Positions 19,030 through 29,479 are shown, numbered from the stretch's first letter. The stretch is 64,000 bases of DNA from Candidatus Zhuqueibacterota bacterium (GCA_049322915.1 JBMOPW010000036.1:64001-128000); one strand, 5' to 3'. Notes: generated by a model from the letters alone, not told the origin. Translations and numbers: made by a program.

Positions 19030-20388
19030 TTATTTCAATTCCAATTCTTTCAACATCCGATGAAAACTGGAGCGATTGATCCCCAGCGCATTGGCGGTTT
19101 CGCTGATGTTGTTGCTGTACTTCTCCAGCGCGCGCTGAAAATATACCTTGCGGAAATCATTCAATAGCTCGTGCTTGGCGTCTTCGTACGGACGGTCGAA
19201 AAGCCATGCCGGATACGCAGCGTTATGGGAAGCATTGGGTAAGAATATCTCATCACCGCCGATGATCTCATTGTTCTGATGCATGACCGTCAATCGCTCG
19301 ATGAAATTTCTCAGCTCCCGAATATTGCCGGGCCAATGGAAGGAATGGATTTTCTTTAATGCAGCTTCGTCGAATTGCAGGGCCGGCCGCTTTGCAGCAT
19401 TGGCAAAATGTTTCAGGTAAATATCGGTCAAAATGGGGATGTCCTCGATGCGCTCGCGCAGCGGAGGAATAGTAATTGTAACCACATTGAGTCGGTAATA
19501 CAGATCCTCGCGAAATCGCTTTTGCGCGACCAGATCGATGAGCTTCTTATTGGTCGCGGCGATGATGCGCACCTGCACGCTGAGCGTTTCAGTCCCACCG
19601 AGCCGCAGGAAGGTTCGGTCTTCGATGGCGCGTAAAATTTTAGCCTGAGATTCAATCGGCAGTTCGCCAATTTCATCGAGAAAAATGGCGCCATTGTTCG
19701 CCAGTTCCAGCTTGCCTTTGGTCTGTTCGTGGGCGCCAGTGAAGGAGCCTTTTTCATGACCGAAGAATTCGCTTTCGAACAGTTGCGGCGATAATGAACT
19801 GCAATTCACCGCGACGAACGGATTGTCCTTTGATTTGCTGCGCCGATGAATTTCCCGAGCCGCGATCTCCTTGCCGACTCCGGATTCGCCTTCGATTAAA
19901 ACGGTCGCATTGGTTTGAGCCACTTTTTCAATGTCCCGGAGAACTTTTTTCATGGACGGCGCCTCAGCCACCATGGTATGGAATTCTCGTTCACATTGTT
20001 CTTTGTACAACATCTTCCAGGTCGTCTGCTCCATCTGCCGCTCGATGATCAGTTTGAGCGTTTCAATATTGGGCGATTTGGAGGTGTAATGCAATGCGCC
20101 CAGTTTCATGGCCTCGACGGCCGTGGCCACATCAGCAAAATCCGTAATCATAATGACCGGCAGATCCGGGTGCATTCCTTTGATCTGCTGAAGAATTTGC
20201 AGCCCATTCAAGCTGCGACCCAATTTTAAATCCAGCAAAACCACGTCCGGCAATCGGTTTTTCAGCGCGCGCAGGCCGTCCCGGCTATTGTGCGTGATGG
20301 TCAGGTTGAAATAATTATCAGAGAGAATTTTAAACGTCTCACAAAATTTGTAATCATCGTCGATGAGCAGGGCATTGAGTTTGGGCAT
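19030..20388 (-). CDS. Sigma54-dependent NtrC-family response regulator (REC-AAA+-Fis HTH)
   Basis: REC with LLDLKL, GESGVGKE Walker A, GHEKGSFTGA, FLDEIGE, FREDLYYRL, WPGNIREL, C-terminal HTH. Confidence 0.95.
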   Translation of the reverse strand: MPKLNALLIDDDYKFCETFKILSDNYFNLTITHNSRDGLRALKNRLPDVVLLDLKLGRSLNGLQILQQIKGMHPDLPVIMITDFADVATAVEAMKLGALHYTSKSPNIETLKLIIERQMEQTTWKMLYKEQCEREFHTMVAEAPSMKKVLRDIEKVAQTNATVLIEGESGVGKEIAAREIHRRSKSKDNPFVAVNCSSLSPQLFESEFFGHEKGSFTGAHEQTKGKLELANNGAIFLDEIGELPIESQAKILRAIEDRTFLRLGGTETLSVQVRIIAATNKKLIDLVAQKRFREDLYYRLNVVTITIPPLRERIEDIPILTDIYLKHFANAAKRPALQFDEAALKKIHSFHWPGNIRELRNFIERLTVMHQNNEIIGGDEIFLPNASHNAAYPAWLFDRPYEDAKHELLNDFRKVYFQRALEKYSNNISETANALGINRSSFHRMLKELELK

Positions 20389-20516
20389 TTTACCCCCCTT
20401 AAAATTAAATTGATAATCCGAGGCACAGAGGTCGTTGTTAGCCTTTCATTATTTATATTACTCAAATTTCTAAAATGGATTTTTATAATCAAATTTAGCT
20501 GTTAAATTTCTAAAGA

Positions 20517-20572
20517 CATGGAGTGAATTGACTGTGTCAATTCAAGCATCGACACAGTCGATGCACTCCATG
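20517..20572. repeat. Long inverted repeat / REP-like hairpin
   Basis: catggagtgaattgactgtgtc ... gacacagtcgatgcactccatg; 22-bp arms with 2 mismatches. Confidence 0.6.
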
Positions 20573-21145
20573 CTAAAATAATATGTTATACGCTCATTTG
20601 ACATTTCATTTTAGAAATTCAGGAATTCTGTAAGTGAATATTCGTATCTGTTCAGCTACCCTGAATTATTCATGAACTTGCTCATAATTTGAGTCAACAT
20701 TCAGATTTTCAATTAGCTAAAGGCTAAGCTATTTTGAAACTCAGTTTTTATACGTTTATTCCAAAAAGAGCACCATTCAGGTTAGCCAGCCTCCTCTAAA
20801 AATACTATGAATAATGCAGGCTACCAAGTCACAAATGCGCAAGAAAAAATGTATCCAAAATATTCGATTCTGAAAAGCTGGACCAGGTTTAAAATTGAAT
20901 ATCGCATTAAAGAATTGAATTAAAAAAAAAGGACATCTTCCTGTAAATTCGTGACTTCGTGATTTCGCGGCGAGACTACTTGCCTGAATAGCAACGAAAA
21001 TTCTTTTTAACCCGGAACCGGGAACCTTTAACCTGGAATCTGAGCAGTTTCGTACAGTGGATAAATCGGGTCGAACTGTTTGGGAACAAAACAGTAGCAG
21101 CACAATTTCATTCCACCATGGGCGCTGCAGGAGATCGTCGATATG

Positions 21146-24100
21146 CTACAACCGCCTCAGCCTGATTAAAAACGTGGCGCCCCTGTTTTTGCCGCTCCGG
21201 GCGATTTGTATTTTTCCACCATATTTTTCAACCGTCTTCTTCGAATAGAAAAGACCAAATCCACTGGATCGTTCGGCTTTGGTTGTAAAACCTTCCTCGA
21301 AAATAGTCTCATGCATTTTCGAGGGTATGCCGACGCCATTATCTGTGATTTCAACGAAGAAGTACTGATCGGTTTGGTAATGGCCAATCTGAATGTGAGG
21401 TTCCGGCACATCGAGTGTCGCGCGAATGGCATTGTGGACCAGGTTTTCGAATATTGGAGCCAGTTCGCCGGGCTTGATACAGACATTCATTTCTGCGCCC
21501 GGCGGTATGGGTGGATTCAATTCGATGAACTGTTTTTCCTGATCGTGTAAGTCGACCACTAAATCGCGCAGCAGCTCGTAGGCGTTACACGAAAAAAAGC
21601 TGACAACGCTGCTGTTGATGTCCCTGATGTTGACGCGAATCTGGTCAGTGAGGCGATAGACATTGTTCCAGATTTCTCCGGTCATACCTTTTTTCATCGC
21701 CAGTGCGATTTTTATTTTATTCAAATTTTCAGACAGGAATAGTAACTGTCGGTTGAGCTCCTCGCCCTGATGCTGCTTGATTTGTGTTTCACTCGCTATA
21801 TGAGCAATGTGCTCGATTTCTTTGTATACCAGGTGGTAAAATCCATTGATGGTTTCAGTGAGTTTCTGACTGGCATTATCGCCGATCGTTTCATTCGGTG
21901 GAATGTTCACGCTGAACAACTGGAGTTGATTTAAGAAAGCAGCAGCCCAACTGCCATGGTCAAATATGCGACAACTCAGCAGGAGTTCCTCTGCCAGACG
22001 TTCCTGATTTGTTTTCAATGTCATCTTTTTTTCGATAAAAATAAATCCCATAAAAACAATAAGCGACAGAGCCGTCGGCAGGATATGGGCTTCGAAGGGA
22101 TTCTTCTCGCGCATGAGCAACGAAATGAGCAGGTAAATAAACAGTGGGAATAAGACAGCATATTTATTGAGCCGGCGTTCGGACATGCGCTGGTGAACCA
22201 GGTATTTTAGCGTCAGGATGAAAACAGCGATTAATATAATAAGGATCAGGCCTATGTTCTGGTACGTCCTGGCTTTGGCGTAACGCAGTGCTGCCCGTTT
22301 ATGAAGCGTCAGCCACTTGCTGAATCCGTTTTGTTCCTCAAGGATCAAGTTCTGTCCGGGGGACAGGTTGGTTCGCGTGATAACGATACCGCTGGGAAAC
22401 CGGATTTTCAGGTCGAACAGACCGGCGGCGTCAGCGCCGAAATGAATCGTGGTCGAATTCATGCAGCCGTAGCCGTAGCCTCCATTCACTTCCCGCATGC
22501 CCAGCAAATGTTCGTGTTCATCGAGGTGACCGGCGCGATATATGTACGCCCTGGCGCCGATGGCGTCCCGATTGCTTTTTGTGCCGATGAGTTTTATCCT
22601 GATAAAACATGCATTGTTCAACTGATTGACGTAATAAGTACTTGGAACATCGTTCCGGGCCACGTACAGATCAATATCGCCATCATTGTCCGGATCTCCA
22701 CAGGCCACTCCGTTTGAATAGCAGTATTGCTTTATTTTGAATGTCTCGCTATCGCGAACAAATGTTTTATTGCCGCGATTTTTAAAGAAGAGATTCATTC
22801 CGCGATTGGTAAGAAACAGGTCGAGATGACCATCATTATCCGCATCGAAGAAACAGGCGCTGCTGGTGCGGCTGGAGTCCAGCAGTCCGGCGGATTCGGT
22901 GATGTCGGTGAATCGGCCGGCGCCATCATTTTCATAGAGGCGATTGGTCAACCCCATGTTGCACACGTAAAGATCCAGATCGCCGTCGTTGTCGAAATCG
23001 GCGAATGCAGCGGAACTGCTCTTAGCCAGAGAATCCGGCTCCGGGGGAAGCCATTCCGCGGTCATCTCTCTGAAAAAGGGTATATGGTGATTGGAGCGAG
23101 TACCTTCATTGCGATAAATCCGATTCCGAACGCCGTAGCAGGGAACCATCAAATCCAGATCGCCATCATTATCCACATCGCCAAACGTAGCGCCTTTGCC
23201 GCTTCGCTGTGTGGTCAAGCCGGCCTCATGGGTGACTTCTCTGAATTTTCCAAAGCCATTATTGAGGTACAACATGTTGGTTGTATCTTCATTGGTCACA
23301 AATAAATCGACATCGCCATCATTGTCCACGTCGCCCCAGACGCCGACTTGCGAGCGGGTATGCTCGCTGAGGACGCCTGCTTCAGCGGCAATATCTCTGA
23401 AAGTCCTGTTGGAGAGATTTTCATACAGGAAATTTGGCGCGTACATACTGGCGATGTACAAATCCCGATCACCGTCATTGTCCATATCAACAATTGTAAC
23501 TCCCATGTCGAAAACTACATCGCCCTCTTTTGAGCGGGTTGTCCCAAGCAGATTCAGATGCTCAGCGCCATCAATAAAATCAAACCAGTGCTTGAATTTT
23601 ATGTGGCGATTCCCATTGAACAGGAGGAGATGATTTTTGCCAGCAGTGTTGATGGCATAGACATCATCATCGTTGTCGCCATCGATATCGCCCATAGCGA
23701 CGCCATATTCATCTGTACCTCCGACGAAGGGACTCACTTGATATTGTGATCTGGACCGGGCTGGTTCTTTAACCTTCCGATGCACGTATGTTACGGCGCC
23801 ATCCGATGTGAACAGCAACACGTTCGACTGAAATTTATTATCTTTGTTCATTGGCCAGAGGATCTCGCGCCGATTATCCGGGAGTGCGACTAATGCAGCA
23901 TTCCGATCTACTAAAGTTATGCCCCCACGATGGACAGGTAATGACGTTTCCAAATCTGGAAAAATAACTTCAAGGGTATCCTTGACAAACGCTGTAATTG
24001 GCATTCTCTCACATGTATCGCATCTTATTCTGATGATGAGTGAGTCATCGGTAGTCAGTCCCCAGGCTAAAGTGTCGTTTATCATGAAGAGATGAGGAAG

Positions 24101-24724
24101 AGACCCTGTGTGCTGCATGTTAACCTGCCATCGTTCACCATCCCAATGGAGTAAAGTGGCATTGTCTCGATATTTGCAAATAGCCCAGCCGCAATTTGGA
24201 TTCAACATGCAGAGGCTGACCACATGTCCGAAGGTGGGACAGGGAACCAAATGCCACTGCGATCCGTCGAAGTGAATAATTTCGCCCCACTGGCAACCGG
24301 CCCAGATATTCTCGGGCGATACAAAAGCAATTTGTGAAATCGGATCTGTGTTGGGAGTAGGATAATCGGTGATGATGCCGTTTCGTTCATGCCGGATGAA
24401 ATAGGAGTACTTTTTTTCATCATAACAGGTGAACCAGGTTTCATCCGCGGAGAGAGGCAGCGCCGAAAAGATGGCCAAGCCATTCTGGGCAGTGACAACT
24501 TCCCACAAACCATTTACAAACTGATAGGGGCGAGGGTTGCGACCCGTCTCCTGGAACAGCCAGCCATTTGCCGAATCGATAAAAGCGGCATAAGGTGAAT
24601 AGCTCTGAAAGGGAATCCGGACGAATGTCCAATCTTCTAATCCCTGCTGATGACCGCTGCCGGCTAATGCGAAATTCACCAGTAATAGCAGGAAACCAAA
24701 TGTCAGAACGATTTTTCCCCGCAA
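21146..24724 (-). CDS. Membrane sensor histidine kinase with extracellular FG-GAP/VCBS propeller and ASPIC/UnbV (CRTAC1-like) domain
   Basis: Signal peptide; many DxDNDGDxDL repeats; SNRDAIGAR...IHFG ASPIC/UnbV motif; three TM helices; atypical H-box (FDHGSW); ENLVHNA, DNGVGI, GFTTK, GFGLF ATPase boxes. Confidence 0.85.
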   Translation of the reverse strand: MRGKIVLTFGFLLLLVNFALAGSGHQQGLEDWTFVRIPFQSYSPYAAFIDSANGWLFQETGRNPRPYQFVNGLWEVVTAQNGLAIFSALPLSADETWFTCYDEKKYSYFIRHERNGIITDYPTPNTDPISQIAFVSPENIWAGCQWGEIIHFDGSQWHLVPCPTFGHVVSLCMLNPNCGWAICKYRDNATLLHWDGERWQVNMQHTGSLPHLFMINDTLAWGLTTDDSLIIRIRCDTCERMPITAFVKDTLEVIFPDLETSLPVHRGGITLVDRNAALVALPDNRREILWPMNKDNKFQSNVLLFTSDGAVTYVHRKVKEPARSRSQYQVSPFVGGTDEYGVAMGDIDGDNDDDVYAINTAGKNHLLLFNGNRHIKFKHWFDFIDGAEHLNLLGTTRSKEGDVVFDMGVTIVDMDNDGDRDLYIASMYAPNFLYENLSNRTFRDIAAEAGVLSEHTRSQVGVWGDVDNDGDVDLFVTNEDTTNMLYLNNGFGKFREVTHEAGLTTQRSGKGATFGDVDNDGDLDLMVPCYGVRNRIYRNEGTRSNHHIPFFREMTAEWLPPEPDSLAKSSSAAFADFDNDGDLDLYVCNMGLTNRLYENDGAGRFTDITESAGLLDSSRTSSACFFDADNDGHLDLFLTNRGMNLFFKNRGNKTFVRDSETFKIKQYCYSNGVACGDPDNDGDIDLYVARNDVPSTYYVNQLNNACFIRIKLIGTKSNRDAIGARAYIYRAGHLDEHEHLLGMREVNGGYGYGCMNSTTIHFGADAAGLFDLKIRFPSGIVITRTNLSPGQNLILEEQNGFSKWLTLHKRAALRYAKARTYQNIGLILIILIAVFILTLKYLVHQRMSERRLNKYAVLFPLFIYLLISLLMREKNPFEAHILPTALSLIVFMGFIFIEKKMTLKTNQERLAEELLLSCRIFDHGSWAAAFLNQLQLFSVNIPPNETIGDNASQKLTETINGFYHLVYKEIEHIAHIASETQIKQHQGEELNRQLLFLSENLNKIKIALAMKKGMTGEIWNNVYRLTDQIRVNIRDINSSVVSFFSCNAYELLRDLVVDLHDQEKQFIELNPPIPPGAEMNVCIKPGELAPIFENLVHNAIRATLDVPEPHIQIGHYQTDQYFFVEITDNGVGIPSKMHETIFEEGFTTKAERSSGFGLFYSKKTVEKYGGKIQIARSGKNRGATFLIRLRRL

Positions 24725-25166
24725 GAAAAAAACCTGAATTTTAGTTGAATGACATGTTTTATCTTTGGAAGAAAATGAGGCGAGTATCGATAATTTTTAC
24801 GATACTGAATTTAGAATTCTCTATAATGAAAAGCAAGGAAAATTTTAATATTTTGCAACTTATATTTAAAGAATGAATTTCGTAAAAAGACCAAAATGAA
24901 ATGACACGAGATGAGCTGCTCATGGTTAATCCGGTCGGGAATTCGTTGTGTATTCTGAGAACATCGGTGGCGATTCATGATGACGCATTGCATTCGGATT
25001 GATCGGATGAAATGGGGTCATCTGATTGACTGATGATGCAGAAGGTGGCGCATAGTGATTGCGCACGTTACACAAAAGGTTGTGTGACGATGTGCGGCGC
25101 GCAGATAGCAGCAGGGCGGCAGCCGTGTTCAGCGCGTGTTTCCCCTGATGATGGTCAAAATAGTTC

Positions 25167-25195
25167 TTGACAAATATTAAAAAAATGTTTATAAT
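25167..25195 (+). promoter_or_regulatory. Consensus sigma70 promoter for the DRTGG/hydrogenase regulatory operon
   Basis: TTGACA-17 bp-TATAAT perfect match, ~90 bp upstream of 25288. Confidence 0.85.
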
Positions 25196-25287
25196 AAACC
25201 TTCCTATTTTCCACGTAGAGCGCTGAGTTTGTCGGCTTAAGCTTGTCTAAATGAAATGACCATTCATTTAACGAAAAGATAGCACTT

Positions 25288-25665
25288 ATGACTCTTGGCG
25301 AGATCAAAGAGATTCTGCACGCTGAGTTATTAACCGACAATGTCGACCTTTCACGTACTGTTCAATCTGCCTGCGCCTCGGACATGATGAGTGATGTGCT
25401 TGCCTTCACCGAATCGAACGCTCTTCTTCTCACAGGATTGATGAATCCACAAACCATTCGTACCTGCGAAATTGCTGAAGCCAGCGCCATTGTTTTTGTA
25501 CGCGGCAAACGACCGACCCCGACGCTGATCGCTCTCGCCAATGAAAAAGGGATCCCGCTTCTCAGAACTGATTTTTGCATGTACGATGCGTGCGGACGGT
25601 TGCACGAGCAAGGGTTATGTGGTGTCACCGAAAAAGTGAAGAAACTCCTGGTTGAACATGGCTGA
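25288..25665 (+). CDS. DRTGG-domain protein
   Basis: ASDMMSDVLA, LLLTGL.NPQ.IRT, IVFVRGKRP. Confidence 0.85.
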   Translation: MTLGEIKEILHAELLTDNVDLSRTVQSACASDMMSDVLAFTESNALLLTGLMNPQTIRTCEIAEASAIVFVRGKRPTPTLIALANEKGIPLLRTDFCMYDACGRLHEQGLCGVTEKVKKLLVEHG

Positions 25666-26086
25666 AAATGAAACGTTTGTTCAGTCCTATCAGATTGTGG
25701 GATGGGATTTTACACGGGCTGGAGAAGCTTCCTGCGAAATCAAAACGCTGCTGAAAGAAATTGGCACACCCCAGGAGATCATTCGACGCATTGCTATTGC
25801 AACGTATGAAGCAGAGATGAATGTGGTGATGTATGCCAAACGCGGGACGATTCGATGTGAAATCAGTCCGAACATGATACGCATTGTGTTGGAAGATGAG
25901 GGGCCTGGTATCGCGGATATCAATCAGGCGATGCAGGATGGCTTTTCCACAGCATCCCCGGAGATACGCGAAATGGGTTTTGGCGCCGGAATGGGACTTC
26001 CGAATATCAAGCGAAATTCGGATGACTTTCAAATTGCCTCTGAGGTTGGAATCGGTACGAAGTTAGAAATGAAGTTTTTTCTATAA
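25658..26086 (+). CDS. RsbW/RsbT-like anti-sigma Ser/Thr kinase (HATPase)
   Basis: DF..AGEAS, YEAEMNVV, DEGPGIADI..AMQDGFST, GFGAGMGLPNIKR. Confidence 0.88.
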   Translation: MAENETFVQSYQIVGWDFTRAGEASCEIKTLLKEIGTPQEIIRRIAIATYEAEMNVVMYAKRGTIRCEISPNMIRIVLEDEGPGIADINQAMQDGFSTASPEIREMGFGAGMGLPNIKRNSDDFQIASEVGIGTKLEMKFFL

Positions 26087-26117
26087 ATTCAGTCGGTGCA
26101 GGAGATAAAAATCTACC

Positions 26118-27371
26118 ATGCAAACAAGGCTCCATTCCATACGCTTCATTGAAGAGAAATGCATTGGCTGTGTAACCTGCATTCGGGCATGCCCCACCAA
26201 AGCCATTCGGGTCATTCACAATAAAGCCAGAGTCAACAGCGATCGTTGCATCGATTGCGGCGAATGCTACCGCGTTTGCCCCCATGAGGCCATTGTCTCG
26301 GTCACCACGCCGCCCGCCGATTTGAAAGATTTTGAATGCACCATTGCTTTGCCTTCGCCCGTCATTTACAGTCAGTTTGACCACGATATCATGCCCAACC
26401 AGATTCTATTAGCCCTGAAACAATTCGGTTTTGACTATGTATTCGACGAGGCCTGGGATTGCGATCTGATGGCTGAAGCGCTGCAGGAATACCTCGATAC
26501 CACGAGTGGGCCATTCCCGAAAATTTCCATCACCTGCCCGGTTGTGGTGCGCCTGATTGCCAGGCTCTATCCCAATCTCATCAGCCACCTTGTCAAAATG
26601 GAGATCCCGCGCGAGTCCGCCGCAAAAAAAGTCAGAGAGAAAGCGGCGCAAACCCGGGGGATCCCGCCGGACAGGGTCGGCGTTTTCCACATCACACCCT
26701 GCCCGGCGAAGATGATTTCAATCAATTCGCCTGTGGGGACGGACAAATCCAATCTCAATGGCGCCATTGCCATCCGCGATATCTACGGCCCGCTGCTCAA
26801 TATTCTCAAGCATATCGAAGAGAACGAAATTCTACAACTCTCCAGTGGCGTCGGCATTGCCTGGGCTATAAGCGGCGGCGAAATCATGGGGATACGTCAG
26901 GATAACTGTCTGGCCGTGTCCGGTGTGCAGGATGTCATTCAGGCGCTCAACGACGTCGAAGCCGGTAAATTCAAGGACACGCTTTTATTAGAATGCCTGA
27001 TCTGCCCGGATGGCTGCATTGGCGGCCCGCAGACCGTCCAGAACAGGCATATTGCACGGCGTCGCGTTCGAATGCTCATTAAGATGTTTGGCGATCGCAC
27101 CCGCGTCAGTCGGGATATGATGCTGCGGCTTTACCACCTGGGCTATTTCGCGCTCAAAAAGGAAATCACTGCCATGCCGTTCCCGCCGTTGGACCCGGAC
27201 AGGAAAAAAGCAATTCAAAAGGCGAAGCAGCGGGAGGAAATTTTAAAAACATTGCCCGGGAAAAATTGTTCGGCGTGCGGCGCGCCGGACTGCCGCGCGT
27301 TCGCTCAGGATGTGGTCATAGGCGAACGAACCATCGATGAATGCGTCTTTTTACAAAAAGACCAATCGTAA
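26118..27371 (+). CDS. [FeFe]-hydrogenase-like protein (regulatory, group C/D type) with 2x[4Fe-4S] and C-terminal FeS domain
   Basis: Two ferredoxin motifs; ITCPVV / TPCPAK / ECLICPDGCIGGP; LPGKNCSACGAPDC. Confidence 0.85.
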   Translation: MQTRLHSIRFIEEKCIGCVTCIRACPTKAIRVIHNKARVNSDRCIDCGECYRVCPHEAIVSVTTPPADLKDFECTIALPSPVIYSQFDHDIMPNQILLALKQFGFDYVFDEAWDCDLMAEALQEYLDTTSGPFPKISITCPVVVRLIARLYPNLISHLVKMEIPRESAAKKVREKAAQTRGIPPDRVGVFHITPCPAKMISINSPVGTDKSNLNGAIAIRDIYGPLLNILKHIEENEILQLSSGVGIAWAISGGEIMGIRQDNCLAVSGVQDVIQALNDVEAGKFKDTLLLECLICPDGCIGGPQTVQNRHIARRRVRMLIKMFGDRTRVSRDMMLRLYHLGYFALKKEITAMPFPPLDPDRKKAIQKAKQREEILKTLPGKNCSACGAPDCRAFAQDVVIGERTIDECVFLQKDQS

Positions 27372-27519
27372 ATTCGAGTGATCAGGTTCCTATTTCAGTG
27401 CATTGATTTTTGTTTGATTCTGATTCCAGTCCCTGTCAACGATCCGAAGATAAAAATTCCATCGCCTGGTTTTGACCCGGCGGATCGGTCGGAGAAAATT
27501 AATGTGAATCGAGACCATC

Positions 27520-27864
27520 ATGAAACTAAACCAGATTGTTGAAAAACTTAAGTTAACCGTCGCGACGAAAACGTCCGATTTGAACGTGGACGTCACCGGG
27601 GGATATGTCAGCGATTTGCTCAGCGACGTCATGGCTCACGCCCGGAAAGGGAATATCTGGATCACGCTGCAAATCCATCAGAACACGGTGGCCGTGGCAA
27701 CACTCAAAGATTTGGCCGGCATTGTGCTCATTCACGGCAAAATCCCGGCTCAGGAGACGATTCAGAAAGCCGAGCAGGAGAATGTCCCCATTCTCATCAG
27801 CGATCAGCCGGCATTTGAGGTGATCTGCGGACTGTGCAAAATGGGAATCACGGGCGGAAAATAA
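27520..27864 (+). CDS. DRTGG-domain protein
   Basis: VTGGYVSDLLSDVM, WITLQ.HQN.VAVA. Confidence 0.85.
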   Translation: MKLNQIVEKLKLTVATKTSDLNVDVTGGYVSDLLSDVMAHARKGNIWITLQIHQNTVAVATLKDLAGIVLIHGKIPAQETIQKAEQENVPILISDQPAFEVICGLCKMGITGGK

Positions 27865-28625
27865 TGCTGCGCCATTTCTTAGCTGATTGTCACATTCATA
27901 CGTGCCTGTCGCCCTGCGGTGATCTGGATATGTCGCCGCAGCACATTGTGAAAAGGAGTCTCGAATTAGGGCTGCACATCATCGCCATTACCGATCACAA
28001 TGCTTCTGAAAATATTGCCGCGGTTCAGGAAGCAGCCGATTCCACCCATCTGATTGTGCTGGCCGGGATGGAAGTGACTTCCGAGGAAGAAGCGCATCTG
28101 CTCGCTCTGTTCGATGATCCCGAATCCATGCGGCAATTTCAAAGCCGGGTGTACCAGGCATTGCCCTGTTTCGGTCTCGACGCTGGCACATTGGAAAATC
28201 AGGTCATTGCCAATGCCCGGGATGAGGTGGAGGGATTCAATGACCATCTTTTACTGGCTGCGACGTCTTTGACTTTTCAGCAACTGGTGCGCGACGTTCA
28301 CGAATTGAACGGGCTGGCTATTGCGTCGCATGTGGATAAAGAGAGCTTCAGCATCATCGCGCAGTTGGGCTTCATCCCGCCGGACGTCGAACTGGATGGA
28401 CTGGAAATATCGCCGTTCACATCGCTGGAGCAGGCGCGCGACCAATTCCCGGACGCCAATCGTTACCCGTTGGTGAAGTTTTCTGATGCGCATTATCTCG
28501 AAAATCTCGGGATGCAAACGACAGAATTTTTCATTGAACACCCCACCGTCGCTGAAATCCGCATGGCGTTACGCCGGGAACAGGGACGGGATTATCGTGT
28601 CCGGGAATCACCGCTGACTGCCTGA
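27864..28625 (+). CDS. PHP-domain phosphoesterase
   Basis: ADCHIHTCLSPC, AITDHN, GMEVTSEEE.H, SDAH; TAATG coupling to the upstream gene. Confidence 0.88.
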   Translation: MLRHFLADCHIHTCLSPCGDLDMSPQHIVKRSLELGLHIIAITDHNASENIAAVQEAADSTHLIVLAGMEVTSEEEAHLLALFDDPESMRQFQSRVYQALPCFGLDAGTLENQVIANARDEVEGFNDHLLLAATSLTFQQLVRDVHELNGLAIASHVDKESFSIIAQLGFIPPDVELDGLEISPFTSLEQARDQFPDANRYPLVKFSDAHYLENLGMQTTEFFIEHPTVAEIRMALRREQGRDYRVRESPLTA

Positions 28626-28750
28626 ACCTGAATTTGACGCTGGCAAAAAACGTCGGATTGAGATCTGTGATTGTCCCCGGGGAGCGGGTCAACCCGATCG
28701 ACGCGAAGGAAACCCGGCCGAGAACAGTTGACCCATTACCGGAAGCATGC

Positions 28751-29302
28751 GTGGAAGACCTGTCATTACATATTCTCGATATCGCCGAAAATGCGCTGAA
28801 GGCCGGCGCAACGAAAATCGAGATTCGGATCAGCGAAGACGTGCAGCGGGATTGGCTGCGGATACGGATCATTGATAATGGGTCCGGCATGGATGAAGCC
28901 ATGGCGCGGAAAGTGATCGATCCGTTTGTGACGACGCGGACAGAGCGGCGCGTCGGATTGGGCTTGCCCTTGCTTGCCGAAGCGAGTCGGAGTTGCGGCG
29001 GTGAAGTGAAGATTCGCTCGCGGCCGGGGATCAAAACGCGGGTCGACGCATCGTTCGTGCACAGCCATATCGACCGAAAACCGCTGGGTGATCTGGCCAA
29101 CACGTTGATCATGCTGATCGTGGGAAATCCTGAAATTAATTTTTTCTACTATCATCGGAGGGATGCAAAAAGCTATTGTCTGGACACCAGCGAACTGCGC
29201 CGCACTCTGGATGAAATACCACTCAGTCACCCGGACGTCGTAACGCTCATTCGAAAAAATATCCAGGAGGGGCTGGAAGAAATGGGAGTGGTTCTCTGGT
29301 AG
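28751..29302 (+). CDS. HATPase_c ATP-binding protein (hydrogenase-cluster associated)
   Basis: EDLSLHILDIAEN, DNGSGM, DPFVTTR.ERRVGLGLPL, HIDRKPLGD; GTG start inferred from the family pattern. Confidence 0.85.
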   Translation: MEDLSLHILDIAENALKAGATKIEIRISEDVQRDWLRIRIIDNGSGMDEAMARKVIDPFVTTRTERRVGLGLPLLAEASRSCGGEVKIRSRPGIKTRVDASFVHSHIDRKPLGDLANTLIMLIVGNPEINFFYYHRRDAKSYCLDTSELRRTLDEIPLSHPDVVTLIRKNIQEGLEEMGVVLW

Positions 29303-29479
29303 TTTCAACGCATTGGTGCGGGGCAACTGAGGGAGCGGATCCAGGCAACAGCCTTCGCTTTGAAAAAATGAGACAGATGGCTATAGAAGAAAAGTTAGCA
29401 GGAAGTTTATATAATTACGACATCAATGCAACGAGATTGCAGTGATGGTAAGATTCAGCCACATCACGAGGGAGAAAAT

